Below, piece after piece: positions 18,232 through 27,659 of a stretch of DNA of 64,000 bases (position 1 is its first letter; every line of letters starts with the position of its first letter). A model generated the notes under the pieces. It was given only the letters and a program-made list of their open reading frames with translations, searched no databases and had not been told where the DNA came from. Source of the DNA: Ignavibacteriales bacterium (GTDB lineage Bacteria > Bacteroidota > Ignavibacteria > UBA10030); the NCBI GenBank assembly GCA_016186715.1, contig JACPLA010000021.1, forward strand, positions 640-64,639, written 5' to 3'. Both the position numbers and the translations under genes were made by a program.

Positions 18232-20487
18232 CTACTCGTGGTAAAATAATTGATCAAAAGCGTACCTCACGCTTAGGTACGCGCCTCTTCCTCTCGTTGT
18301 AAAACCGTTTATTTCGGAGTACTTGGTGTCAAAGACATTCTCTATTCGAGCGCTCACCGAAAGATGTTCATCAACGTGATATCGCTGCGACAGGTCCAGA
18401 AGCGCATAGTCCGCCACCGGGGTACTTGCTAGAGCGCCATAAGGGCCGAGCTTTGAACTATAAAAGATATCGCTTCGCGCACCGACATATCTCATATCAA
18501 TCCTGAGAGCAAGGCGTTCAGTTGGCATATATATCAGACTCAGGTTTGCAGTGTTAGGTCTACGAACCAATCCTAACGTTTCCACTTCTTTTGTGATGAA
18601 TGCCCCATTGCTATACACCTGGACGTGGTTTCCGTCGGTCTGTGGAGTAGCAATGCTATTAGGGTTGTACGTTAATTTCCCGCTTACCAAGCTCAAGTTG
18701 CCTGAAAAAAACAAATGATCGGTTATCATGGAAGTGATCGTAAACTCGATGCCGTTGGTCGTTTGCTTACCCACGTTCAAATATGTATCTCCCCTGAAGT
18801 CGTCCCGAACCCAACTGTTGCCCAGCGTATCTATACCGATATTCTTATCCCAGAGGTACACGTTCTCAATGGCATCCTCAACGATGGTGTTAAAGTAAGC
18901 AACAGACAGACTCATACCCTTGCCAAGTTTTTGCTTAAAGCCGATCTCGTATGAAGCTGAGTTTTCCGGTTTCAGCTTCCTATTCCCCCTTGTGATGCCG
19001 GAAATATAGTTCTTGTCGGGTGCATACAGTTGGTAAAGCGATGGAGCGTTGAAGCCGGTTGAGTAGGAGGCATACAAGAGCGCATCGCCTCCGATTCTCA
19101 GCGATGGATTGATCTCGTAAGTAATATTTACGCCATAGGCGCTGTGGTCATTCAAACGCGCACCTAGTCCGATTGAAAACGGACTGAACATTTCATCCAC
19201 CAAGCTGCCATTCACGTTAACGTGCGCGAAGATGTTTCTGGTCGATGAGTTCAAATTCAATGTATCAAGATCTGATCTCGACTCATAGACACCGAAGGCG
19301 CTTCTCGAATAGAAATACGTCTTTGAGGTCATCGTTTCCGTGTACAGACCGCCACCCAATATACCTTCGAAATTTTTCAGTTTCAGGTTTCCCTGGATCT
19401 CATTGGTCAATGTTGTTCCCTTCCAGGTGCCATCGAAATACGTGTGGTCGGTCGTTCCCATGTTGTCCACAATCGAAGAATCATCGACTGCAACCCTTTT
19501 CATATCAGAATAACCACCAAGATACTTGATGCTGAGCTTATCACTAAGTTTGTAGGAAGCACCATAGGTAAATAGGTTCCTTCTAAAATTCAGCGTGTAG
19601 TTATCGTCATCCCTATACGCACTTTTGTCGATATCGGTCCTGTGAGTGGTATTCTTGTATGAAGCATAAACGTCGAGCCGGTCGTTTCTGAAGCCAACTT
19701 TGCCGACGACGTCTCTCTTATGGAAGCCATCTTTATCCCGATTTTTGAAGATGGCCAGATTCGTCACCGTATCTACTGTGGCGTCTAACCCCCTGACATT
19801 GGAATTGTTGATCTCCGTGTTGACATAAAGACCTGCGGGATCGGTATAATTCAAAAAGAGATTTGCAGAGAACGCTGAAGTTCCTTCGCCGAAGGTTCCC
19901 GTTTTCAACTCTACATCGGTATTGAATCCTGGCTTTCTGTTCTTCTCCGTAGCAATGTTCACGGCGCCACCGATAGCTGAGGAACCATAGAGTGTGCTAT
20001 GAGAACCTCTCACAATCTCGATGCGGTCAGCGGCTGCAAACGATAGTTCAGACAAATCGAGCGCATTATTCACACCTGAGGGATCCGTGATGCGGACTTC
20101 ATCGATCATAATCGTCGTTTGATTGCTTGCCGCGCCCCGGGTAAACATGCTTTGGAGCATTCCCGGATTCTGTCCGGTACCGACGACGTACAGACCTTCC
20201 TGTTGTGAGAGTAATTCCGCAACGCTGGCATAAGTGGAATTCTTCATCTGCTCTTTCGTAAGTAGCGTAATGCTTCTTCCCACTTCCATAGGATTCCTCT
20301 CACTCCGGGTGGCGGTTACGACTATTTCCTGAAGTTGATAAACTTTAACGGTATCCGCACTGGTTGAATCGTTAACAGCCTCGTTGGCAGACATCAACAC
20401 TGAGCCGGCACGAAATTCAGATAGGCCTTGTGCTCCTGCGCGAGCGGCAAGCAACCCCATTACGGAAAGTATAGCAATGCTCTTCAT
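18232..20487 (-). CDS. btuB: TonB-dependent receptor, BtuB-like (cobalamin)
   Basis: EIVVTATR plug, RIEIVRG.HS.LYGS.AIGG, LKPE, ENVFD..Y; downstream of B12 riboswitch. Confidence 0.85.
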   Translation of the reverse strand: MKSIAILSVMGLLAARAGAQGLSEFRAGSVLMSANEAVNDSTSADTVKVYQLQEIVVTATRSERNPMEVGRSITLLTKEQMKNSTYASVAELLSQQEGLYVVGTGQNPGMLQSMFTRGAASNQTTIMIDEVRITDPSGVNNALDLSELSFAAADRIEIVRGSHSTLYGSSAIGGAVNIATEKNRKPGFNTDVELKTGTFGEGTSAFSANLFLNYTDPAGLYVNTEINNSNVRGLDATVDTVTNLAIFKNRDKDGFHKRDVVGKVGFRNDRLDVYASYKNTTHRTDIDKSAYRDDDNYTLNFRRNLFTYGASYKLSDKLSIKYLGGYSDMKRVAVDDSSIVDNMGTTDHTYFDGTWKGTTLTNEIQGNLKLKNFEGILGGGLYTETMTSKTYFYSRSAFGVYESRSDLDTLNLNSSTRNIFAHVNVNGSLVDEMFSPFSIGLGARLNDHSAYGVNITYEINPSLRIGGDALLYASYSTGFNAPSLYQLYAPDKNYISGITRGNRKLKPENSASYEIGFKQKLGKGMSLSVAYFNTIVEDAIENVYLWDKNIGIDTLGNSWVRDDFRGDTYLNVGKQTTNGIEFTITSMITDHLFFSGNLSLVSGKLTYNPNSIATPQTDGNHVQVYSNGAFITKEVETLGLVRRPNTANLSLIYMPTERLALRIDMRYVGARSDIFYSSKLGPYGALASTPVADYALLDLSQRYHVDEHLSVSARIENVFDTKYSEINGFTTRGRGAYLSVRYAFDQLFYHE

Positions 20488-20514
20488 AATTACTCCTTGC
20501 TGAGTGATTCGGAA

Positions 20515-21198
20515 TTATTTATTAACAAGAGATAGTTTTTTCACTTTGAGATACATCATCGAATCCTTTGTTTCCTTTGAGAAGTCGTTGAGGACGATTG
20601 TACGTCTGAAGAGCGGAAAGTCCAGCACAGTGGTATGGTATTCGCCATTTTCGCCACAAAGATCCATTCCTGTTTCTTCGCTTATTTCGTACAACCGCTC
20701 AGCGGCTTTCGTATCAAGGTCACAGCCTGGCCAACTGTCAGTCAACAAAGGCCGTTTCACACACGAAAAAATCACTTTGAAGTTATTCGTTATCAGTTTT
20801 TCAAGAAGTTCCTTTCGATTCCGTTTCCATAGCGGCGTCACGACTTCAATCCCGACAAAGGCTGCACATTCTTTTACCCAATTTGGATGAGCACGTATCT
20901 CATCGATATCACCTGTGATAACAACTGAGACCCCACGCTGCTCTTTCAAGGACCGAAGGGCTGATTTGTATACTTCGTTGAACGGTTGGGTAATTTCGAT
21001 GGTCCGATGGAGAATCTGGAGAGCCTCTGCCTGATATTTCATTACATGCACAGGGTGAGCGAGAAATCGCGGATTTGAGGGCGCGAAGGTAATCAGCCCT
21101 TTGATCTCATAGCCGAGGCTTTGGGCTTCATACAGTGCCAGACAGGAATCTTTACCGCCGGTCCATAATACAACGGCACTGCCTAAGAGCTGATTCAC
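20515..21198 (-). CDS. Dph6/MJ0570-like PP-loop ATP pyrophosphatase, copy 2
   Basis: WTGGKDS, GDI, PLW, DLCGENGEYHT.V.D.PLF. Confidence 0.88.
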   Translation of the reverse strand: MNQLLGSAVVLWTGGKDSCLALYEAQSLGYEIKGLITFAPSNPRFLAHPVHVMKYQAEALQILHRTIEITQPFNEVYKSALRSLKEQRGVSVVITGDIDEIRAHPNWVKECAAFVGIEVVTPLWKRNRKELLEKLITNNFKVIFSCVKRPLLTDSWPGCDLDTKAAERLYEISEETGMDLCGENGEYHTTVLDFPLFRRTIVLNDFSKETKDSMMYLKVKKLSLVNK

Positions 21199-21956
21199 AC
21201 GCTTCTCCCTGACTCAGCAATGGGGATTAAATCGCAATACCAAAAGCCATTGTCAAAAGGCTTAGAGCCGCTGCTATTGCAGGCATATTGAGAATTGCCG
21301 TCCTGTTGTGTTGGTAGATATTTTCGATGTACGATCTCGCCGACTTCGAATTCTATCGGCTTTTTGAAAAGAGGGCCGTCGTAGACAAATGAATGAAATT
21401 CCCCGTACTCCCCGCAGGGATCGACATTGTCAGGGAGATCCTTGATGAAAGAATCATCAATAGCACGTCCCACGAAGGACTTATCTAGGAATCTATCGTT
21501 CACACACACGGTGGTTGCCTTAAACCCCAGCTCAATGAACTCTCGCATCAACTGATGAGTTGAAATCTTCCAGAGCGGAAAGACGGCGTTCAGGTTTAGC
21601 TCGGCGAGTTTGTTTTCCCTGTACTTGCGGAGATCTTCCAGGAAAATATCGCCAAAGACACAGACTTCCGTGCCGCTATTCTTCAGCCTTACCAGCGTTT
21701 CCTTCATGATAGTTTCATACGTCTTCATATCGGGCATCTCTGGGATGAGCATTTTGACCAGGGGTATTCCAATGCTTGAAGCCTGTTCATCAAGCAGCTC
21801 AACTCTGACCCCGTGCATAGAAATCCGACGGTACTGCTCGTTAACACTGGTGAGCAACCAAGAAACAGAGTGTTCTCCAAGTGTTAAGACCTTATGTAGG
21901 CACAGAGCGGAATCCTTACCGCCGCTCCAATTGAATACTGCTTTCTGCTTTTGCAC
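21195..21956 (-). CDS. Dph6/MJ0570-like PP-loop ATP pyrophosphatase, copy 1
   Basis: NWSGGKDS, MHGVR, FGDIFLEDLR.YRE, DPCGEYGEFHSFV.DGP.F. Confidence 0.9.
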   Translation of the reverse strand: MQKQKAVFNWSGGKDSALCLHKVLTLGEHSVSWLLTSVNEQYRRISMHGVRVELLDEQASSIGIPLVKMLIPEMPDMKTYETIMKETLVRLKNSGTEVCVFGDIFLEDLRKYRENKLAELNLNAVFPLWKISTHQLMREFIELGFKATTVCVNDRFLDKSFVGRAIDDSFIKDLPDNVDPCGEYGEFHSFVYDGPLFKKPIEFEVGEIVHRKYLPTQQDGNSQYACNSSGSKPFDNGFWYCDLIPIAESGRSV

Positions 21957-22035
21957 AATTCAGACCGACGTATTGTAATCGTAGCTCCCGCATTCGATGA
22001 CAGGCGAGCTTATTTTGAAGCAGTTATTTGTTCAA

Positions 22036-22956
22036 TCACATTTTCATCCATCCTGATCGACAATGCTTCGCTGGAAACAGATCAGGGTGAAATACCTCAG
22101 CAAGTATTTCCAGAGAGTCTACTAATCTTGGGCCGGGGCGATTGAAATAGTGACTCCCTTCACCGATATACACCTCATGCTCTCGCACTGCCTTGAGTGC
22201 ATTCCATCCGCGTTTCTTTTCCAAAAAGGGCATATCCTTTAATGACCGCTGAATTGAAAATCCGCAGGGTGCAATGAGGATCTTATCCGGATCCTGTAGG
22301 ATGAGGTCCTCAAAACCGATCCAGCGCTTACCGTCATCAAGAAAGACATTCGAACCGCCAGCCATCTCTATCAATGGTATCATCCAGTGTCCTGCGACCA
22401 TAATCGGTTCGATCCATTCGATATGTGCGACCCGAGGGTGATGGGAGCATTCTTTTGTCTTGGACTGCACATCTTCAAATGATGTCTTCATCTTGCTGAC
22501 TACTTCGTTGCCTTTTCGTTGAACATCGAGATGACCTGAGACAAGCACAATGTTTTCCAATACCTGTTCCAGGCTCTTTGGATTCAAGTCTATGACAGTA
22601 ATATTGTCTTGGTGAAGACATTCATTGAGTGCCTCTCTCAATTCATCTGTGCTCACAGCACAGACCGCACATTGTGACTGCGTAATAATGTGCGTCGGTT
22701 CGAGTGCCCTGATCCTTTCCACATTGACCCTGTAGATTGATAGAGCCTCCCGCAGTATTACGCTCACTTCCCTGCTGATCTCAGGACTCGTTCCGCTTGA
22801 CCGGTACTTCGGCTGGCTGCAAACAGGAAGCTGCTCAATACCAGGAGGATAATCGCATTCATGCGAACGCCCGACAAGCCGATCCTTCAAGCCGAGCGAA
22901 CAAACAATTTCTGTTGCGCTGGGTAGCAACGAGATGATGCGCTGTTGTGGCGCCAA
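22036..22956 (-). CDS. Cobalamin-binding protein (BtuF-like)
   Basis: RIISLLPSATEI...LG...LVGRSHECDYP, C.VCAV, EW.EP...GHW, PCGF, YFNRPGPRL. Confidence 0.85.
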   Translation of the reverse strand: MAPQQRIISLLPSATEIVCSLGLKDRLVGRSHECDYPPGIEQLPVCSQPKYRSSGTSPEISREVSVILREALSIYRVNVERIRALEPTHIITQSQCAVCAVSTDELREALNECLHQDNITVIDLNPKSLEQVLENIVLVSGHLDVQRKGNEVVSKMKTSFEDVQSKTKECSHHPRVAHIEWIEPIMVAGHWMIPLIEMAGGSNVFLDDGKRWIGFEDLILQDPDKILIAPCGFSIQRSLKDMPFLEKKRGWNALKAVREHEVYIGEGSHYFNRPGPRLVDSLEILAEVFHPDLFPAKHCRSGWMKM

Positions 22957-22971
22957 GGCCCGTTTCCTGAC

Positions 22972-23511
22972 TTAGATCCGGGATTCCGCCAAGGCCGGAA
23001 TTTTATGTTGTGCGAACTCAAATGAGCCGAAGAGCAGGCCGGAGTAGAAAAGAGCGCTCAACACAGTATTGCTAAAGAATGGTATCGCTGCGATGTAACA
23101 TTGAGCTAGTCCTGTCATGTTCATCGGATACAAGTGTCCTCCAGCCCATACCGCGAAATTCGTTATGATAAAGAATACGATTGAACCAGCCACCGAGGCG
23201 GCAATAATGTTGACGATTTTCAGACGATGCCGTAAGAGAAATCCCATCGTTGTCATCAAAGAGAAACATCCATAAATCACCAAACGCATCGCCGTGAAAA
23301 ACTCGTAGCCCTTAAGAAAGGCCAAACCAATATCGCTTAACACCATCGCAGCAAGGGGAACAACGTAGGCTGTTCTCCTGTCGGTAAAATAAGATCCTCC
23401 GAATAAGGCAAGAGCAATCATCGGCGTAAAGTTTGGGGGGTGTGGAATGAGTCGTGAAGCTACGGCCGCCAGCACCATTGAGATTAGGACCGTAATGCGG
23501 CTCTTAAGCAT
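22972..23511 (-). CDS. DUF6580-like membrane protein, probable S-component-type corrinoid transporter
   Basis: RLIPHPPNFTP, FF..TNF.VW, YP....GL..CY.AAIPFF; first gene after B12 riboswitch. Confidence 0.75.
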   Translation of the reverse strand: MLKSRITVLISMVLAAVASRLIPHPPNFTPMIALALFGGSYFTDRRTAYVVPLAAMVLSDIGLAFLKGYEFFTAMRLVIYGCFSLMTTMGFLLRHRLKIVNIIAASVAGSIVFFIITNFAVWAGGHLYPMNMTGLAQCYIAAIPFFSNTVLSALFYSGLLFGSFEFAQHKIPALAESRI

Positions 23512-23610
23512 AAGATTACTCCTTTCTTGAATGATGAAGGATTTTGTAAGTTGGGGGGACTTTAATCACTTGCCTAGAATACGTTTGTGAATTCAGTGTT
23601 TTCGGCAAAC

Positions 23611-23643
23611 AAAAAAACCCCAACCTTCGAAAAGATTGGGGTT
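23611..23643 (-). terminator. Riboswitch expression-platform terminator
   Basis: AACCCCAATCTT-TTCG-AAGGTTGGGGTT then U tract. Confidence 0.75.
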
Positions 23644-23715
23644 CAAGAAGTCAAGAAAAAGAAATATTCTCACTCGGGCGAACACCTTCCCTCGAAGGTT
23701 TCAAGCTGCTACGAC

Positions 23716-23907
23716 TTGGCAGGTCTCCTGGCTTTCTCGATCCTTGATCGTCTTCCCATCCCGACTGTTGTCGGCACAGTGACGTTCGTGATCAAAGAGG
23801 AAATCTCACATTGGGTGAGTCGAGATCACAGTTGCGGGGCAGCTTCCGAATGTATCACGGAATTCCCTTTTCATCCCGGGCATTGCTTGCCGGGACACCA
23901 AATCATT
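23716..23907 (-). ncRNA. Cobalamin riboswitch
   Basis: GGTG...AAAAGGGAA...CTGCCCCGCAACTGT...CACTG...GGGAAG...AGCCAGGAGACCTGCC (B12 box). Confidence 0.95.
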
Positions 23908-23942
23908 CCATGTGAAAGAACGGTAATTCTTCGTCGCACGCC

Positions 23943-23971
23943 TATGTACAAAGATTCTCGACAAATGTCAA
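23943..23971 (-). promoter_or_regulatory. Sigma70 promoter for the riboswitch/B12 operon
   Basis: TTGACA-17 nt-TACATA. Confidence 0.6.
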
Positions 23972-24240
23972 GAGATTGCAAGAGGGACAACCAAGATGGT
24001 GATGAACGGTCAGCAAGACCTCTTCTCGATGAGTGGTAGGGTACAAGCAATCAAGGGTCCCTAGTCTTTCTCACTTCGTGGACGAAATCCAAAGCGGGCT
24101 TTTTCAAAAGGCTCAAGACTGCATTTTCATACGTCGCGGTCCCTTTGCAGAACTACCCGAGTTATTTCAGGGGCCTTTTGGGAAACCATGCATGATATAG
24201 CATTCTCTCTTCAGGTTCTCAGCGGCGTTAACCAACAGGG

Positions 24241-24774
24241 TTGCGTTGCCAGAGTACGGGTCGGGTCGTCCTTACGGCCAAACGGCCAAAATCATCAGAA
24301 TTCCTTAAATCGCTCATTTCTCTGGGTGATCACATCAGAGCAAGGCGGCTTGAATTGAAGTTTTTGCAGAAGGACGTGGCTCGGGTTATTGGAGTCGATG
24401 AGACGACTGTCTACAATTGGGAGCGGGGGTATACAAGTCCGACGCTTAGGTATGTGCCGAGGATTCTGGATTTCCTGGGTTATGATCCGGCTCCCGCGGA
24501 GCCGAGGACGCTGGGAGAGAAATTGCTGAAGTATCGGAAGGACCGCGGGATAACTCAGAAGGAGCTTGCCCGGCGCATTGGGATTGACCCAACGACGCTG
24601 AGCAGGTTGGAGAGGACCAGCAGCAAGCGGGTTTTCCGAAGTGTTTTGCTGAAGGTTGAGGACTCTCTTCGCAAATGCTTCTGTGCGATCCTCGAGATCA
24701 TACTGTTTGCCCATAGAGCCCCCCTTTGGGAAGCACGAAATATCAAATCCGAAATACGAAACAAAAACAGATAA
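24241..24774 (+). CDS. Double-HTH (Xre-like) protein, copy 3; 3' end reads into antisense of a four-helix-bundle remnant
   Basis: SLGDHIRARRLEL..LQKDVA..IGV...T.YNWERG; 126 bp identical to copy 1. Confidence 0.8.
   Translation: MRCQSTGRVVLTAKRPKSSEFLKSLISLGDHIRARRLELKFLQKDVARVIGVDETTVYNWERGYTSPTLRYVPRILDFLGYDPAPAEPRTLGEKLLKYRKDRGITQKELARRIGIDPTTLSRLERTSSKRVFRSVLLKVEDSLRKCFCAILEIILFAHRAPLWEARNIKSEIRNKNR
24655..24714 (-). pseudogene. Four-helix-bundle (IVP family) gene, N-terminal remnant
   Basis: AGGGGG SD, MGKQYDLEDRTEAFAKRV, matching KYDLEERLTNFAVRI of the intact gene at 41575; left boundary approximate. Confidence 0.7.
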
Positions 24775-24933
24775 TGACAGAAATTCAAAACGCTTTATGC
24801 CCGTTTTGAACCTTTGGACATTTTGTCATTGCTCTTTGTTTGAGATTTCGTGCCTGCACGCCGAAGTGAATGTGATTTCCAAAAGAATGGCGAAATGTTT
24901 CGGCACGCAGGCGTGCTTGTGATTTCGGATTTC
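24731..24933. repeat. Long imperfect hairpin of 7-nt units with nested insertion
   Basis: AAGCACG AAATATC AAATCCG AAATACG AAACAAA...AAAACG / CGTTTT...TTTGTTT..ATTTCGTGC...ATTTCGGATTT. Confidence 0.8.
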
Positions 24934-25009
24934 AACGTTAGACTGTATAGAAGTTCCTATCCAAGCTCCTGACTGGATCGCCCCGCTCAGACGCTTCTGG
25001 CCATGCAAG

Positions 25010-25055
25010 GGATTCCATCCCTTCCATAGCAGTTCCCCAGAGAGGGATGGAATCC
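25010..25055. terminator. 13-bp perfect inverted repeat, possible terminator or REP
   Basis: GGATTCCATCCCT...AGGGATGGAATCC just past the stop of the 605-aa gene. Confidence 0.45.
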
Positions 25056-25072
25056 TCCCTAAGCACCAAATC

Positions 25073-26890
25073 TCATGCCTGCACCGGCTCAAGGTGGGTC
25101 CGGGCGAACCTCTCGAGCTCATTCTGAAATGCCGACAACTCCTCGTGAATATCGCGACGCATTCCCTCCCACCTTTTCTCGGTTCTCGAAAACAGATCTC
25201 GGTAGTACTCAATTCCATTGCACAGGTTGTTTCGGAACTTCCTAAAGAAGTTTCGCTGTTTCTCATCCAAAGGCTTCGCCGATTCACGAAACTGATCTTT
25301 GAGATAGTTGACGTAAAGCTTGAGCTCGTTGATAAACATGTGCGGACGATCCGACCTTCGGATGATATTCGTCCGCCCATAGATGTGATCCACCATTGTC
25401 TTGAGAGAAACGATCTCGGAGAAGTATGCAATATTCGGCCCAGGACACACCAGCGCACCATCCCCGCCCTGCAACCTGCTATCCATCCCATGAACAAGGA
25501 GCGCTCCTGCCCCCAGGCCGGCACAGAGGCATGACTTTTCTACAACACGGTCGAATTGAAACTGATATTCTTCCGGTGAAAGCCCCAGTCCTTCCAACTC
25601 CGAAATCTTCAGCTTTTGATACAGTCTCGACGCGACACAAATAGGGCGTTCTGTGAATTCGGTGCTAAATTCAAGATATTCCTTGGGACAGGAGCTTCCC
25701 GGCCTCCCACTGCCCACCAGCCTTTGGCGCTCGACATCCTTTGAGCTTCCCTTGAGGGTGTAGAAGGGAACACCCAGGGGGGATATGTGGCTGAGACAAA
25801 CATCGTTCTCCGTCGCAGCACCAAGTTGTTCTCGCGTGTGCGAATCAACGTTGGTAACCTCAGGAACGAGAAGGAAGGGTGTGCCCCATCCAACCGAATC
25901 CAGCCCATAGTGATCCAAAAGGAACTGATGCTCTTCAGCAGTCCCCACTCCACCCTGTGCCGTGAGTCTAAGCTCCATGGGTTGACGCGGAACGGCGCGT
26001 CCTTGTTTCCGCAAAGCTTCAGTAAGAATTTCGTGCGCCGATGTAACGAGCAACTCCCGATTGTTCTTGAATTCCTCCAAGATCGGGCCAATCAAGTATC
26101 CGTCGGTCGCAAATGCATGCCCTCCGCAGTTCAATCCCGATTCGATCCGATACTCCGACACCCACAATCCCTTTCTGGCAAGAAATTGCCCCTGAATACG
26201 TGCTGATCGGTAATCGCTCACTTTGAGTACAAGCATCTTTTTCAACTGCCCTTGCTCGTCAGGATAAAAATCCTCGAACTGCGCAATGTAACCATACAGA
26301 CGCGGGTTCATTCCTGCCGATAACACCAGGGAGGAGCGGAGCGTGCTTCGCGCAAATCCGCGGAGTGCGGCATGGGCATCATTATACTCCACGGGCAGCG
26401 GTTGCTCTTCTCGGTACGTCTGCTTGTCGAGCTTGGTCATAATGTTGACATCTATGCTGCCGGGGTGAAAGTGGTCGTTCACCCACCTCTCAAGATCCTG
26501 TTTCATCGCATTGTTCCGGACGAACTTCGTGAATCTCTGTTTGAGTTCCGAAAGGTCTGGAAGCATCTCAATATACTTCTGCAATTCGCCGCCTTTCTCC
26601 AGGAGAGAACACTTAAGACGGTCAAACCGTTTCTTCACGATCTTATCGATCAGGTTGAGATACATCGTAATCCTGCGCGCGCGATAATCGTCCTCTTCTT
26701 CACCGATCGGATCAAATGGAATGTCGCATTCCGTGCAATAGAGCTCGCGCATTGTTTCGATGAGCATATCATCGACGATCGAGATAACGGAAGATATCCC
26801 GTAATGTGCGACCTTGGCTGGCGTGTCAATGCTAAAGCCGGTTCCCATAACGGGTATGTGAAATGTGTGCGGCGTATTCGTTCTGTTCAT
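25073..26890 (-). CDS. Conserved hypothetical protein, possible flavin/Fe-S oxidoreductase
   Basis: HTFHIPVMGTGFSIDTP, ESGLNCGGHAF, QGGVGT, SPLGVPF, CPK, PIC.AS, CLC.GL, VCPGPN. Confidence 0.8.
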   Translation of the reverse strand: MNRTNTPHTFHIPVMGTGFSIDTPAKVAHYGISSVISIVDDMLIETMRELYCTECDIPFDPIGEEEDDYRARRITMYLNLIDKIVKKRFDRLKCSLLEKGGELQKYIEMLPDLSELKQRFTKFVRNNAMKQDLERWVNDHFHPGSIDVNIMTKLDKQTYREEQPLPVEYNDAHAALRGFARSTLRSSLVLSAGMNPRLYGYIAQFEDFYPDEQGQLKKMLVLKVSDYRSARIQGQFLARKGLWVSEYRIESGLNCGGHAFATDGYLIGPILEEFKNNRELLVTSAHEILTEALRKQGRAVPRQPMELRLTAQGGVGTAEEHQFLLDHYGLDSVGWGTPFLLVPEVTNVDSHTREQLGAATENDVCLSHISPLGVPFYTLKGSSKDVERQRLVGSGRPGSSCPKEYLEFSTEFTERPICVASRLYQKLKISELEGLGLSPEEYQFQFDRVVEKSCLCAGLGAGALLVHGMDSRLQGGDGALVCPGPNIAYFSEIVSLKTMVDHIYGRTNIIRRSDRPHMFINELKLYVNYLKDQFRESAKPLDEKQRNFFRKFRNNLCNGIEYYRDLFSRTEKRWEGMRRDIHEELSAFQNELERFARTHLEPVQA

Positions 26891-27083
26891 TGGTCGGGGT
26901 TGTAAGAACTTGGTTGCTGGACAGTTGCCATGTTTTCATCACCTCTTCTGCCGTCGTAATTTCCGCGCCGTCATAGGTAAGTCACAAAACGTAGCCTATG
27001 TGCACATCATGCAAAGCAAGAAATCCCACCCCCGGTTGGTGGGAGGACTCAAGCAAACAGTCGGGTCTTGAACTCCGCTTCGG

Positions 27084-27467
27084 CTAGTTCGACATCGCTC
27101 GGAGAGTAAATCGGGGAATGACAATCCTGAACTGTTCACCCCCCGAACGCTTCATGAGGTACGTTCCTTCCATGGTCCCTTCCAGCGTCTCGAGAATGCA
27201 GTAGCTGTTGTAGTCGTGGGATCCGCCTGGTTGGATCACCGGTCGTTTTCCGATGACCCCCTCTCCTTCGACCTCTTCCAGCTTTCCGTTCGAATGCTTG
27301 ATGAGCCAATGACGGCGCAAGAGCTGAACGGGCTCCCGGCTCATGTTCTCGATCGTGATGAAATAGGCGAAGACGAACTTATGTTCAAGCGCGTTTGACT
27401 GCGCATCGAGATAGAGCGGCCTCACGGTCACCTTGATCTCTTCCGTGATTGCAGTGTAGGCATGCAT
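27084..27467 (-). CDS. apaG: ApaG protein
   Basis: F.Y.ITIEN...VQLL.RHW.I...VEGEGVIG..P.I.PG....Y.S, G.M.G.Y. Confidence 0.95.
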   Translation of the reverse strand: MHAYTAITEEIKVTVRPLYLDAQSNALEHKFVFAYFITIENMSREPVQLLRRHWLIKHSNGKLEEVEGEGVIGKRPVIQPGGSHDYNSYCILETLEGTMEGTYLMKRSGGEQFRIVIPRFTLRAMSN

Positions 27468-27659
27468 GGGTCGACGATCTGCTCGAAGTGTTGTCCTTCA
27501 CTCTTCCCGCGATGCTAGTGCCCCTCCAACTAAATGTTTTTACAAACGAAGGGGCACAGTGTCCGTCCGACCTCGGCGAGTCCGATTACCGGACGAGACG
27601 GGTCGGCTGCAACTGAACGAAATGCTTGGTATGTGTCGAACAATTTAGTTGCAGACGCA

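Larger units (their letters stand above)
1..24660. mobile_element. Accessory/genomic island (left edge not seen; no recombinase in window)
   Basis: Split comM, repeated HTH modules with shared junction, pseudogene debris, AT-richer by eye than the core genes to the right, right edge truncates a gene. Confidence 0.65.

Noticed and set aside
23587..24039. 150-aa + strand ORF
   Set aside because: Overlaps the cobalamin riboswitch and its promoter on the other strand
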